Assembly (NCBI GenBank): GCA_017694255.1
Contig: JADINC010000044.1
Coordinates: 1 to 33,512 of the forward strand
Direction of reading: 5' to 3'
Origin: Candidatus Enterousia avistercoris
GTDB taxonomy: Bacteria; Pseudomonadota; Alphaproteobacteria; Rs-D84
DNA length: 33,512 bases
The notes under the pieces: generated by a model
The model's input: only the letters and a program-made list of their open reading frames with translations
Database searches by the model: none
What the model was told of the DNA's origin: nothing
In this document: positions 16,671-26,753 of the stretch, one piece after another
Numbering within the stretch: position 1 is the first letter of the stretch
How the letters are laid out: the number at the start of each line of letters is the position of its first letter
Made by a program: the position numbers and the translations under genes

Positions 16671-19454
16671 ATGAAGAAAATTCTGTCTTTTGCATTAATG
16701 TGTGCTGTTTGCGCTGGTCTGGCCAACGCAGCTGTTCGTGATGAAAATGCAACGAATCGTTCTGGCACCACTGCAACTGGGACAAATACGTCGCGCACCC
16801 AATCATCAAAAACAGTTGTTGGTCGCACTGGCACCACCAGCCGCAATCTGTCTGCCACATCACGTGTGGCGACAACACCACGTTCAAACGCATCGGGGCG
16901 CACCGCATCAGCTGTCATGCGCAACGCGCCTGTTGCATCACGCGCGGCAACAACCGGGGTTGTATCACCACGCGCGGCGACAACCACAACCGCGACATCA
17001 CGAACGACAACTGTATCACGCGCGGCATTATCATCTGGGGCGGGGGCACAACGCACGACGCGCGCGGCATCTGTTTCGCGTGCGGCCACGGACGACACTG
17101 TATCACTGATGTCAACAACACGCACAGGCGCAGAATACGAACAATGCAAAAGTGCATATTTCAACTGTATGGATCAATTTTGTCAATTAAAGAACGATGA
17201 TTACCGCCGTTGTTCATGCAGCAATCGTGTATTTGAACTGGACGATGTCCGCAATGTAATGCAAGACGCCGCAGATCAATTAACGGTATTTACTGAAAAT
17301 CTGGACGTTGTCGGCATGACAGCAGCACAGGCAACCGCTATGAAAACCGCCACCGAAGGGGAAAACGCATTAACCGAAGATACATCTGCATCCAAAGCGT
17401 TGCTCCAGGCGATTATGAATTCCATCCGTGGCGACGACGCCACTGTTGGCGGAAAATTCACTGATTTAAACAGTATAAATTTGTCATTCGATACGGTGAA
17501 TTCATTTGGTCTGGGCGACAGTGGCCAAATTATCGCCACATATAATGGCCAAAATTTGTATAACGCCGTGTACCCGCAATGTCGCGACGCGGTCCGCACT
17601 GATTGTAATGACGCCCAACTGCAACGTGCGATAAACGCGTACCTGATGGCCATAGAGCAAGATTGTAACACGGTTCAAAATGCACTGGACCAACAGCAAA
17701 CGCAAATGAAGGCCGCCGTCCGCGAAAGCAGTGCTATGCTGGACCTGGCGCGTGTAGAAAACCGGCAAAAACATAATTCTGATGATATCGCCACGTGTCT
17801 GGCCAATGTCGAAGCTGCTGTACTCAGCGAAGAAGTTTGCGGTGCCAATTATCACAAATGTCTGGATAACGGTCAATTCATAGACGTATCCACTGGCGCC
17901 CCAATTGCCGGGGTTACGAATTTCTATGAATTGGGGAATTTGTTAAAATTTGCCGACAATGTTGATGCCGCCGATCAAAAATTATCCCAGGTTGCATCCA
18001 ACCGCACATTTGTTCAAAACTTTGAAAATCGCGTGAAAAAATTTGCAGAACCGGCACTGGACAAATGTACCGAAAATGCAGATATTGTTTGGGCCGAATA
18101 CCTGGACAAAGCAATGCTGGAAATATACTATTCCCAACAATCCAAAGTAGATGAAATTAAACAGGGTTGTTTTGATTTTGTATCTGCGTGTTATATGAAT
18201 GGCGAAAAATCATTAACCGCGGCCATGGCGGGCCTGACCGGCGACGATAGTTTGCTGTTACAGCCATATAAAATAACCGTTACGACCGAAATGTGCCGTG
18301 ATTATATTGATTCGTGCAACATGATGTTTTACGAACAGTCTGGTGGCCAGAACATCGTAACCGACTATGTAAACAACCGCCAAGAAACCGACACATTAAC
18401 GGCATGCCGCGCAATCGTCCAGGAATGCTTTGAAAGTTTTGGTGGCGACGGATATGAAAATTTCTATTATCCGTACAGCGGTCTGTTTAAATCTGGCGAA
18501 GCGCTGGAATGGTTCACACTATACGAATATGATGAAAACGGGAATAAAAAGACCGACAAATACGTATCAAAATGTGCCCAACAATTAACCGAAGTAGAAT
18601 CTTGCAACAGTCCCGACATTATCGAACAGGCATTTGGCGGGTTTGATGTACTGGCATCATCCAAGCGCGCAGAATACAATGGTTCAATTGTGTATTATCC
18701 TGATCCGAACGGCGACTATAACGGCAAAGGCGGCAAGCACAAAAAATACGGCCTGTTAACCAGCAACAAGATTGACCTGGCTGATGTGGGCAAACAATTC
18801 GTATTACAGCATCGCGTTTCGCGCCCAACAGGCGTCGCAACCGAAGTATACAACCAGATTTTAGACACATTAACCACACAATGCGCCAACCTGCAGGGTC
18901 GCTTTATCGAACTGCAATTCAGAAAAATTACAAATTACCAAGAAGAAAATTTATGCAAGACTAATTTTGGTTGGTTTGAAGGAGAGAAAGATGATGTACC
19001 CTATGAATCTAATAAGGTGGCGAACTTAACCCCTTTCCGTTCTATCATAACCCCTTACTATTCTATCATACTGGGTGAAAATATGTGCCCACGTGATTAT
19101 GAATTAAATGTCGATACCCAATCATGGGGCGCATGCATATGCTGGGAAAATGGTGGCCGTCGCAGCAAGAACGGTACATCATCAAAATGCATGAATATAA
19201 TACCAGCAGTTATACTTAAAACTGACGGCAGTGCGTTGTATGAAAAAATCACTGACGAACAACCGTGTACATCCGACAAAATGATGTCTTATATATTAAC
19301 TTCCAACATAAAAGACATATTTAGCAGTTATTGCACCAAAGAACCATCGCCATCAAATCAAATATGCCCGTTGAACGCTACGGTTGATCCAGGCAACGGT
19401 GCATGCATTGTTGACGGCAGCGAATTAACCATATTGCCCAAGGGGCTAGATTAA
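16671..19454 (+). CDS. Large secreted Cys-rich protein with N-terminal Arg/Thr/Ser/Ala low-complexity region, 927 aa
   Basis: Signal peptide ending ANA, ~120 aa of SRAAT/TTRT-type sequence, then roughly 30 Cys in helical context. Confidence 0.88.
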   Translation: MKKILSFALMCAVCAGLANAAVRDENATNRSGTTATGTNTSRTQSSKTVVGRTGTTSRNLSATSRVATTPRSNASGRTASAVMRNAPVASRAATTGVVSPRAATTTTATSRTTTVSRAALSSGAGAQRTTRAASVSRAATDDTVSLMSTTRTGAEYEQCKSAYFNCMDQFCQLKNDDYRRCSCSNRVFELDDVRNVMQDAADQLTVFTENLDVVGMTAAQATAMKTATEGENALTEDTSASKALLQAIMNSIRGDDATVGGKFTDLNSINLSFDTVNSFGLGDSGQIIATYNGQNLYNAVYPQCRDAVRTDCNDAQLQRAINAYLMAIEQDCNTVQNALDQQQTQMKAAVRESSAMLDLARVENRQKHNSDDIATCLANVEAAVLSEEVCGANYHKCLDNGQFIDVSTGAPIAGVTNFYELGNLLKFADNVDAADQKLSQVASNRTFVQNFENRVKKFAEPALDKCTENADIVWAEYLDKAMLEIYYSQQSKVDEIKQGCFDFVSACYMNGEKSLTAAMAGLTGDDSLLLQPYKITVTTEMCRDYIDSCNMMFYEQSGGQNIVTDYVNNRQETDTLTACRAIVQECFESFGGDGYENFYYPYSGLFKSGEALEWFTLYEYDENGNKKTDKYVSKCAQQLTEVESCNSPDIIEQAFGGFDVLASSKRAEYNGSIVYYPDPNGDYNGKGGKHKKYGLLTSNKIDLADVGKQFVLQHRVSRPTGVATEVYNQILDTLTTQCANLQGRFIELQFRKITNYQEENLCKTNFGWFEGEKDDVPYESNKVANLTPFRSIITPYYSIILGENMCPRDYELNVDTQSWGACICWENGGRRSKNGTSSKCMNIIPAVILKTDGSALYEKITDEQPCTSDKMMSYILTSNIKDIFSSYCTKEPSPSNQICPLNATVDPGNGACIVDGSELTILPKGLD

Positions 19455-19541
19455 TTCCACCCACCACCATACCCTTGCATTCCTTTTTTTGAATAAACTA
19501 CAAAATAAAAAATAATTGCGAAATAAACGAACTTAAAAACC

Positions 19542-19667
19542 TGTCATCCCGTGGCTTGACCACGGGACCCAGGTCATAAAACTCCTGTGCGCCAGCACAG
19601 ACAACCTTTTTGTCATTGCGAGCGTAGCGAAGCAATCCAGTAATTTATGCCGTCGCGAATGCGACAC
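19542..19667 (+). repeat. Cluster of REP/RPE-like palindromic elements
   Basis: TGTCATCCCGTGGCTTGACCACGGGACCCAG (19542-19572), TGTCATTGCGAGCGTAGCGAAGCAATCCAG (19611-19640), small hairpins at 19585-19600 and 19652-19665. Confidence 0.8.
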
Positions 19668-19672
19668 AACAT

Positions 19673-20833
19673 TTACACTTTGACTTGTCCCCCACCGACA
19701 CGACGCACAGATTCTGCAATCAATGCCGCCGGTGCACCATCTGGGCGCCGCCACATGTCATCCGCCATTTTCAATTGTGAAATCATTTTTTCCCGTACAG
19801 ACGGTATAGTCAACTGTTGAACCGCATCCAAAACATTTTCTGTTGTGGCCGCCGGCCCCAAAAATTCCGGATACACACCGCGACCCAACAATATATTCAC
19901 CAACGAAACCCATTTCACACGTATAACCATTCGCACCAGCCACGTTGTTATCGGATTCATTTTATAAATAACAATTGTTGGAATATGCAACATGGCCAAT
20001 TCTGCCGATACAGTACCACTGGCAACAATAGCGATATATGTTTTTTCATATACATCATACCGCTGGTCCGACGGCACCAGTTCTGGTTTCACCGACCATT
20101 TTTCTGTCTGGCGTCGAACATAGTCCGCCGTTGTTTCAACCGTCGGTATAATGAAACGATACCCCGCATATCCATTTGCAATCAGCTGTTGGGCCACATC
20201 ACGAAACACCGGCATCAGACGCTTTACTTCGGACATACGACTGCCCGGAACCAGTGTTATTATTTTTTCTGTACTATTACCCCCCCGCGCGCCGTGTCGT
20301 CCGAAAACAACATCAGAAATCGGATGTCCAACCGCCACAGTATCCAGACCATATTTTGTGAAGTAGGGCACTTCGAAATCAAAAAATGCATACAATTTAT
20401 CAAACGTACGCGCATATTTTTTTGCGCGTCCCGCACGCCATGCCCATACCTGGGGGGCAACGACATGATGAAAACGCAAACCATCCGCAATCAATTTGCG
20501 CCCCGCCGGCATATGGCGCAGTTTTTTTATAACACTGCGCGCAAATCCGGGCGAATCAATTGTCAAAACGACGCTGGGCCGCGCTGCAATTATTGCATCC
20601 ACAGTTTGATTTATCCGCCGTGTCAACGTGCGTGCATGGGCCAAAACCTCTATCACGCCCATAACAGATAAATCAGACATCGGGAACAGCGACCCCAGTC
20701 CCGCTGCAATCATATTTTCGCCACCAATTCCAACGAATTCTGCGTCCGGCATTTCACGCATTATGCGCGCCCCCAGCACATCGCCAGACACTTCGCCCGC
20801 GATAATAAAAACTTTAATTTTTTTATTCTGCAT
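19673..20833 (-). CDS. lpxB: Lipid-A-disaccharide synthase
   Basis: IIAGEVSGD.LG, TIDSPGF, VAPQVWAWR, VGHP, LVPGSR.SE, SGTVSAE; start MQNKK overlaps the lpxA end. Confidence 0.96.
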   Translation of the reverse strand: MQNKKIKVFIIAGEVSGDVLGARIMREMPDAEFVGIGGENMIAAGLGSLFPMSDLSVMGVIEVLAHARTLTRRINQTVDAIIAARPSVVLTIDSPGFARSVIKKLRHMPAGRKLIADGLRFHHVVAPQVWAWRAGRAKKYARTFDKLYAFFDFEVPYFTKYGLDTVAVGHPISDVVFGRHGARGGNSTEKIITLVPGSRMSEVKRLMPVFRDVAQQLIANGYAGYRFIIPTVETTADYVRRQTEKWSVKPELVPSDQRYDVYEKTYIAIVASGTVSAELAMLHIPTIVIYKMNPITTWLVRMVIRVKWVSLVNILLGRGVYPEFLGPAATTENVLDAVQQLTIPSVREKMISQLKMADDMWRRPDGAPAALIAESVRRVGGGQVKV

Positions 20834-21620
20834 TCTTTGATGTGCCAATTCCACGTTTCGAACGATTTTCTATAAAATCGATTGCATCCATTGCATACTT
20901 GTTATTTTTAACATCTTTGCGTACACGCGCCAGTCGTTCTGCAACCGTACCATCCGTGCCCCGGAACACCGCCGAATACACCGAATGAATTGCATGCATA
21001 TCCTCGTTTGTAAATCCATGCCGCATCAGTCCCACACGATTAATCGTGCGATATACTGCGCGTGGCGAACCGTCATATATTGCGTACGGCAAAACATCAT
21101 TCCCAACGCCCGACATTCCACCAATAAACGCATTACGTCCAATACGGGCAAACTGTAATACCATAACCCCCCCAGACAGAATGGCAAAATCTTCTACCTC
21201 TACATGTCCAGCCACCTGAACCAGGTTAGACATAACGACACTGTTCCCAATTTTACAGTCATGCCCAACGTGCGCATTAACCATAATTTGACAATCATCG
21301 CCAATAACCGTTCCATCCGACGCAGGTGTCCCCGAATGAATTGTCACATATTCACGAATTTTACAGCGTTTCCCAATACGCAATCCAGTCATGGCGGCTT
21401 CGTCTTGCCATTTTAAATCTTGGCTCATAACGCCCAAAACCGCGAACGGATATACAATAGAATCATCACCAATTGTGGTTTTACCATCAATTACAACATT
21501 AGACACCAATTCCACACGGTCGCCCAAAACAACATTTGGTCCCACAATACAAAATGGCCCGATTTTACAGTCTGCGCCCAACACAGCGCCCTTATGAATA
21601 ATAGCAGTTGGATGTATCAT
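20823..21620 (-). CDS. lpxA: UDP-N-acetylglucosamine acyltransferase
   Basis: MIHPTAII, hexapeptide repeats, QDLK, IREYVTIHSGT, HVGHDC, GHVEV. Confidence 0.96.
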   Translation of the reverse strand: MIHPTAIIHKGAVLGADCKIGPFCIVGPNVVLGDRVELVSNVVIDGKTTIGDDSIVYPFAVLGVMSQDLKWQDEAAMTGLRIGKRCKIREYVTIHSGTPASDGTVIGDDCQIMVNAHVGHDCKIGNSVVMSNLVQVAGHVEVEDFAILSGGVMVLQFARIGRNAFIGGMSGVGNDVLPYAIYDGSPRAVYRTINRVGLMRHGFTNEDMHAIHSVYSAVFRGTDGTVAERLARVRKDVKNNKYAMDAIDFIENRSKRGIGTSKNAE

Positions 21621-21711
21621 TATTTATGTGCCTATATCTGTGTATATATTATCTTTTGCTTTGGATAATACATTATACGCACATCAATTGGTATTAAATA
21701 AATATAACCAA

Positions 21712-22722
21712 TTATAACAACCGTCCTATTTTTCTAATTTGATTTTTATCCTGGTTAAACGCAATCCAATACAGTATCCCCAACGCCGTTATCGCAGGCA
21801 TAGTCATTATCACACCAAACACCCCCAACGACATCGCATATGCACAATGTTCAATTCCTGTGGGTTTAGTCTCTGCATGCCACACAGACATCGCGGCCAG
21901 CACAAAAAACATAACCATCATTCCTAAAAATACCGGCACAGATTCCGTCATAACAAACAGCGCCACCGACAACACCGTCAAAAACCGAACCAGCCACTTT
22001 AATTTAATATATGCGCCCGCCTTTATTCGTCCGCGCGCATTCACATTACGCACCGCCAACGTTATCATCCCCATCGCGCCCATCAATATCAAAAACAGCA
22101 TATGCATCGGACTTAACGCGCCCAATTGCCCGAACCGAAAAAATTCAGGCTGCATTAAAACCGCAACAATTGTGGCCAGCATAACCAGCGTTCCGCCCGC
22201 CACCGGCCGCATTTCGCGGTGCACCAACCGTCCAATTCCCAGCCCACATAAAAATGCGCCTATCTGCAACAACGGTCCCCACCAAACATGAATATCAGAC
22301 AACCCAATCGCCATTAAAACCAATGCCCATCCTGCAAAAATTCCAATTCGCTGCCCCCGCCAGCCCCCCCGCCACGTCGGCAGTTTTACTTTATGCCAAT
22401 ACGACCCGATAAACACCGAAGACACAAAAACAATTGCGGCAATCATAAACGGTAAAACCGTCGCATTATCGCGCAAAACGGCATAATTTCCGCCAAAGAA
22501 AACAATCCATGCCAATGTCAAGACCACCATGGTCAAAGACACCCGCCACGTTATATTTTGCGCATTCCAACCAACCCGCTGTAAAAACGCGCCACCACAT
22601 AAATAGACCAACATAAATACAGGTATCGCCAAAACCGCCCACCAGAAAAACGCAGGTGCCGCCAATGCCGCATTATTAAATGCACTAACCGCACTTTGAA
22701 CTATTAAACTTTCGTCGAACAT
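21712..22722 (-). CDS. Polytopic membrane protein of unknown function, 336 aa
   Basis: About ten hydrophobic segments; fills the gap upstream of lpxA. Confidence 0.8.
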   Translation of the reverse strand: MFDESLIVQSAVSAFNNAALAAPAFFWWAVLAIPVFMLVYLCGGAFLQRVGWNAQNITWRVSLTMVVLTLAWIVFFGGNYAVLRDNATVLPFMIAAIVFVSSVFIGSYWHKVKLPTWRGGWRGQRIGIFAGWALVLMAIGLSDIHVWWGPLLQIGAFLCGLGIGRLVHREMRPVAGGTLVMLATIVAVLMQPEFFRFGQLGALSPMHMLFLILMGAMGMITLAVRNVNARGRIKAGAYIKLKWLVRFLTVLSVALFVMTESVPVFLGMMVMFFVLAAMSVWHAETKPTGIEHCAYAMSLGVFGVIMTMPAITALGILYWIAFNQDKNQIRKIGRLL

Positions 22723-22762
22723 ATAAACTTGCCTTTTTTTTCCGTTGAATTATTATATACAC

Positions 22763-23449
22763 ATGTCTGAAAAACAAGCAATTTTTACCCTGATGGGTGG
22801 CCGTGTACGCATGCACCGTGGCCGATACAATCCAACATCTGACGCAGTATGGCTGGCGGCATTTGCACCACGCGGCATGATAAAAGTACTGGACGTCGGC
22901 ATTGGCACCGGCGGGGCCAGCCTGTGCGTTATGGCAAATAATCCCGGCACAGAATTAACCGGTCTGGATATATCACCAGAAATGTTGGACGAATGCGCGC
23001 AAAACGCGATACTGAACGAACACAGCGTTGAATTAATAAATACAGACATCACAACATGGCGCACAACCCGAACATTTGATTTAGTAATAACCAACCCACC
23101 ATATTTTCGTGGCACCCCGGCAAAACATAACGCCCACCATAACGCAGATATTACAACATGGACACGCCGTTGCATTGCCCGAATACGTCCGCGTGGATAC
23201 ATTTGCATTATTATATCCCCCGACCGAATCACAGACGTACTGGGCGCAATGGCGGGCCATTGTGGCGACACAGAAATACTGCCGTTGTTTGGCGGCAATC
23301 CCCACATGGCCGAACGCGTATTAATACGTGCGCGCGTTGGCACGCGGGGCGGGGCACGTATATGGTCTGGGCTGCCGATGAATTACCCCCCTATATTGCG
23401 CGATGGCTTGACTATTGATGACGTTTTGACTAGACTGGGGTGGATATGA
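22763..23449 (+). CDS. SAM-dependent methyltransferase, TrmN6/YfiC (tRNA m6A37)-like
   Basis: DAVWLAAF, VLDVGIGTGG, FDLVITNPPYF; start MSEKQ. Confidence 0.85.
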   Translation: MSEKQAIFTLMGGRVRMHRGRYNPTSDAVWLAAFAPRGMIKVLDVGIGTGGASLCVMANNPGTELTGLDISPEMLDECAQNAILNEHSVELINTDITTWRTTRTFDLVITNPPYFRGTPAKHNAHHNADITTWTRRCIARIRPRGYICIIISPDRITDVLGAMAGHCGDTEILPLFGGNPHMAERVLIRARVGTRGGARIWSGLPMNYPPILRDGLTIDDVLTRLGWI

Positions 23450-24723
23450 TAAATTTTATAACCAGGTATTTTACATCCCTATGGGCATTTATAACGGCGC
23501 CATTTCGTGCGATGTGGCGTGCAATATGTCGCATATTTCCGCCACGCGAATTTACGGTCATGGACACCCCGCGTGGCAATGTTTACACTTTTAAGCAAAG
23601 CAGTTTTTGGCGTTTCACAAAATTCTGTGGAAAAATAGGGCTGGTTGTTTGGGCCGCATGGTCGACATATGTATTTATATATCACCGCCCATTATTACAA
23701 AAGCGCACCCAACAGCTGGCTGATGCCCAGGCACAACACACGCGCCAAATGACTGATTTACAGGTATATCTGGAAAAATATAACGAATTAACACGCAATT
23801 TAAATGTAATTGACGACAAAATATTAAACGCATCTGATTTAAAAGATTCTGAAAAAGAAGAATTAATGAATAATCGCCTGAAAACATGGGGTGAATTAGA
23901 TTTCTTGCGCACCCGTTTATCAGAAATGTTTACAAACGACGAATACACCGCCGAATACACAAAATTATCTGAATTATCGGCTGAATTTGAATTAACGCGC
24001 GCCGAAAACACTGCGTTAAAGCGGCGCAATGCCGAACTGGCGGACAAGATGCAGCAAATCGCCACCGCAGACATTCAAATCGTAGACCAGGTATCAAAAC
24101 TGGCCACTGAAAACATCGACACATTGCGCGAAACCGTCAAGAACATCAACACAACCATTTCATCACTTGGCCTGACCCAGACGGTATTAGTTCGCAATGC
24201 AAACAAATTTTCAAATCCATTGGTTGGCGCGGCATATAATCCACTGGAATTTGACGAAGACTTGGACCCAAAATACCAAAAACTGGCCGACGACCTGGAA
24301 TTATGGAACGGATTGAAAAAGCTGAAAACAATTTTACCCCTGGGGGCACCGGTTGAAAAAATGCGTGTCACGTCTAACTTTGGCACCCGAAACGATCCAT
24401 TTACCGGCAAACCTAAAAAACATCGCGGCATTGATTTTGCGGGAAAAATTGGCACCGAATTAATGGCGGTTGCACCGGGTCGCGTTGTATCAGCGGGCGA
24501 ACGTGTCGGCTATGGCAACACGGTAGAAATTGATCATGGACTGGGCTTCACGACATTATACGCCCACCTGTCGCAAACGAATGTTGCACGTGGCGATTGG
24601 GTACGACCGGGCACGGTGATCGGTCTGGCGGGGTCCAGTGGCCGTTCCACAGGCCCACATCTGCATTACGAAATCCGGTACAAAGGTGTACCATTTGACC
24701 CATCTAAATTTGTAAAGGAATAA
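23446..24723 (+). CDS. Membrane-anchored coiled-coil M23 peptidoglycan endopeptidase (LmdC/Csd1-like)
   Basis: N-terminal TM, long coiled coil, TSNFGTR.DPF, HRGIDF, YAHL, GRSTGPHLHYE; ATGA overlap with the upstream gene. Confidence 0.92.
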   Translation: MINFITRYFTSLWAFITAPFRAMWRAICRIFPPREFTVMDTPRGNVYTFKQSSFWRFTKFCGKIGLVVWAAWSTYVFIYHRPLLQKRTQQLADAQAQHTRQMTDLQVYLEKYNELTRNLNVIDDKILNASDLKDSEKEELMNNRLKTWGELDFLRTRLSEMFTNDEYTAEYTKLSELSAEFELTRAENTALKRRNAELADKMQQIATADIQIVDQVSKLATENIDTLRETVKNINTTISSLGLTQTVLVRNANKFSNPLVGAAYNPLEFDEDLDPKYQKLADDLELWNGLKKLKTILPLGAPVEKMRVTSNFGTRNDPFTGKPKKHRGIDFAGKIGTELMAVAPGRVVSAGERVGYGNTVEIDHGLGFTTLYAHLSQTNVARGDWVRPGTVIGLAGSSGRSTGPHLHYEIRYKGVPFDPSKFVKE

Positions 24724-24727
24724 TAAA

Positions 24728-25081
24728 ATGCTGGCATTTACAAACGCAAAAGAAAAACAATCACCAACAATAATTGGCGCCGGATGTAAATTAACTGGCG
24801 ACATGAAAACAGACCACACGGTTCAAATTCACGGCCAGGTTATTGGCAACATAACCGCTGATACCGTTGTGATTGGTCGTGGTGGGCGCGTTGTTGGTAA
24901 AATAGTTGCCACCAATTTATTTTTACACGGGACACTGGACGGTCCTGCCACGGTAAACACCGCAAATGTATTCAGCAACGCCCAAATGACCGGCACATTA
25001 TCTTATTTTACATTGAATATAACCAGCAATACTGGCCTGGAATGCAAACTGTCTAAACGCAAGGATAAAAGAAATGAATAA
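24728..25081 (+). CDS. Bactofilin (polymer-forming cytoskeletal protein, CcmA family)
   Basis: PTIIGAGCKLTGD....VQIHG.VIGNI....VVIGRGG.VVG.I beta-helix pattern; directly follows the M23 gene. Confidence 0.9.
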   Translation: MLAFTNAKEKQSPTIIGAGCKLTGDMKTDHTVQIHGQVIGNITADTVVIGRGGRVVGKIVATNLFLHGTLDGPATVNTANVFSNAQMTGTLSYFTLNITSNTGLECKLSKRKDKRNE

Positions 25082-25520
25082 AACTATATCAAAGATTTTC
25101 ATTGCCGCCGACCATCGTGGGGCAGGGGTGAAATTATACCTGATTGAAATGTTATCTGCGGCGGGCTATACAGTGGTAAACCTGGGGACCGATGATCCCA
25201 ACACCCCCGTTGATTTTCCAGATGTTGTGAAAACATTGGCCGACAAAATGGAAACGGACGAAAAGTCCCGCGGAATTTTAATTTGCGGCACTGGGGCCGG
25301 TATGCAAATTGCGGCCAATAGGTACCGCCACATTCGTGCATCACGCTGCGAACGCCCCGACCAGGCGCGCGACGACAGATTCCATGACGATATAAATGTT
25401 TTGGCATTGGCCGCCGATGATATTGATATAGAGGTATCATTTCTGGTTGCGCGCGCATTTTTAGAAAGCCCATTTGACAACACTGAACGCCGCATCCGCC
25501 GATTGAAAAAGATATCATAA
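25074..25520 (+). CDS. rpiB: Ribose-5-phosphate isomerase B
   Basis: IAADHRG, VDFPD, GILICGTGAGMQIAANR, HDDINVLAL. Confidence 0.92.
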   Translation: MNKTISKIFIAADHRGAGVKLYLIEMLSAAGYTVVNLGTDDPNTPVDFPDVVKTLADKMETDEKSRGILICGTGAGMQIAANRYRHIRASRCERPDQARDDRFHDDINVLALAADDIDIEVSFLVARAFLESPFDNTERRIRRLKKIS

Positions 25521-25524
25521 ATAT

Positions 25525-25557
25525 AAAAAACCACCGCCCATTTGGGCGGTGGTTTTT
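25525..25557. terminator. Bidirectional terminator
   Basis: AAAAACCACCGCCCA-TT-TGGGCGGTGGTTTTT perfect hairpin. Confidence 0.8.
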
Positions 25558-25563
25558 GATTAA

Positions 25564-26241
25564 TTACCCCAAATTACCAGACAACATCGCATTTCGAAAT
25601 GCTAGTTCTGTTACAAAACTGCGCCAACACTGCATCCCGCACGTTTTATTGCATACAGATACAGAACCCATACTTTTCGCAAAAACCCATCTCGCAGTAG
25701 ATACCGGTGAAATCATTTTGCACCAACATTGGTCGCCATCTGTATCATACCCCAGGCCCATAGCTGTATCACCCGAAGCGTCCCCATACGAATTTGAACA
25801 CGCACCAACTATACGAACCTCTGTTCCCGCCCATAATGACACCGTTTCAATACTATTAGAAGCCCATCCACTAACATTTGAACCCTCTGATGCCGCCAGT
25901 GGCAACTTTACACATTTTGTTGCACCATATGCCGACAGCGCCGTCCCGCCATTTTCTGGACACATTGCTGAAAATTTATATTTACTGCCATTTGTATCGG
26001 CATATGCAACATTGCGTTCCGCAAATAAATAACAAACATTTTCCGGACTGTCGACCAAACATGTGTTCACGGGAAAACTTAAACACCTATATCCATTCAC
26101 ACAAACACCGTCCATCAGTTTATGATACGGCTCTTCTATTCTTATATATCCACTGGGACAATTTGTACGCATAACCCCATCAGCCGCGAACGCCACACAT
26201 GGCCCCGATATTAATAATGCAAATATTATCATACGTTTCAT
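25564..26241 (-). CDS. Secreted Cys-rich protein, ~225 aa
   Basis: Start MKRMII after GGAGAG; signal peptide; C-terminal CWCKMISP..ARWV...C..TC...C domain. Confidence 0.8.
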   Translation of the reverse strand: MKRMIIFALLISGPCVAFAADGVMRTNCPSGYIRIEEPYHKLMDGVCVNGYRCLSFPVNTCLVDSPENVCYLFAERNVAYADTNGSKYKFSAMCPENGGTALSAYGATKCVKLPLAASEGSNVSGWASNSIETVSLWAGTEVRIVGACSNSYGDASGDTAMGLGYDTDGDQCWCKMISPVSTARWVFAKSMGSVSVCNKTCGMQCWRSFVTELAFRNAMLSGNLG

Positions 26242-26266
26242 GTTTTTTCTCTCCGTATTCAAAAAT

Positions 26267-26737
26267 TTATAACGATACCGCATTAAACAAAGCATCAGTT
26301 ATCGCACGGCGAAATGTTGAATTACTATTCATCGCACTTGCACATGATTGCGCACAATTTTCATAACAATTATCCTGAGCATAAGTGGTTGAATATGCCA
26401 CAACCCATTTAGAAAGCCACGGACTTATCATTCGACACCAACACGTTTTATTTCCGCCAGAATCACTAGTGTTTATCACATCGGCAACATCGCCAATTTC
26501 ACCAGTTTCCACAGCGCACATTCCGATTCCAACTACCAATACATCAACACTGACCCCATTTACAGACGATGTGCACGGCCCTTTCCAATCAATCGAATAC
26601 ATATCGCTATCTGGTGTAATGACACACTTTGATGGATTCAACGGCACACCAACGCTATAATTAGACGCCCCCAGCGCCGCATTCCACCCCGACACCAGCC
26701 CACCGGCAACAATACAAATAAAGGCTATTTTTCTCAT
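26267..26737 (-). CDS. Secreted Cys-rich protein, ~156 aa, paralog of the downstream gene
   Basis: Start MRKIAF after GGGGAG; CWCRMISP..SKWV...C..NC...C domain. Confidence 0.8.
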   Translation of the reverse strand: MRKIAFICIVAGGLVSGWNAALGASNYSVGVPLNPSKCVITPDSDMYSIDWKGPCTSSVNGVSVDVLVVGIGMCAVETGEIGDVADVINTSDSGGNKTCWCRMISPWLSKWVVAYSTTYAQDNCYENCAQSCASAMNSNSTFRRAITDALFNAVSL

Positions 26738-26753
26738 ACGCTCCCCCAATTTT

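Noticed and set aside
21661..21682. Second dif-like sequence (reverse complement GTGCGTATAATGTATTATCCAA)
   Set aside because: The spacer is 4 bp rather than 6 and the XerD arm is poor; better explained as the lpxA -10 TATAAT
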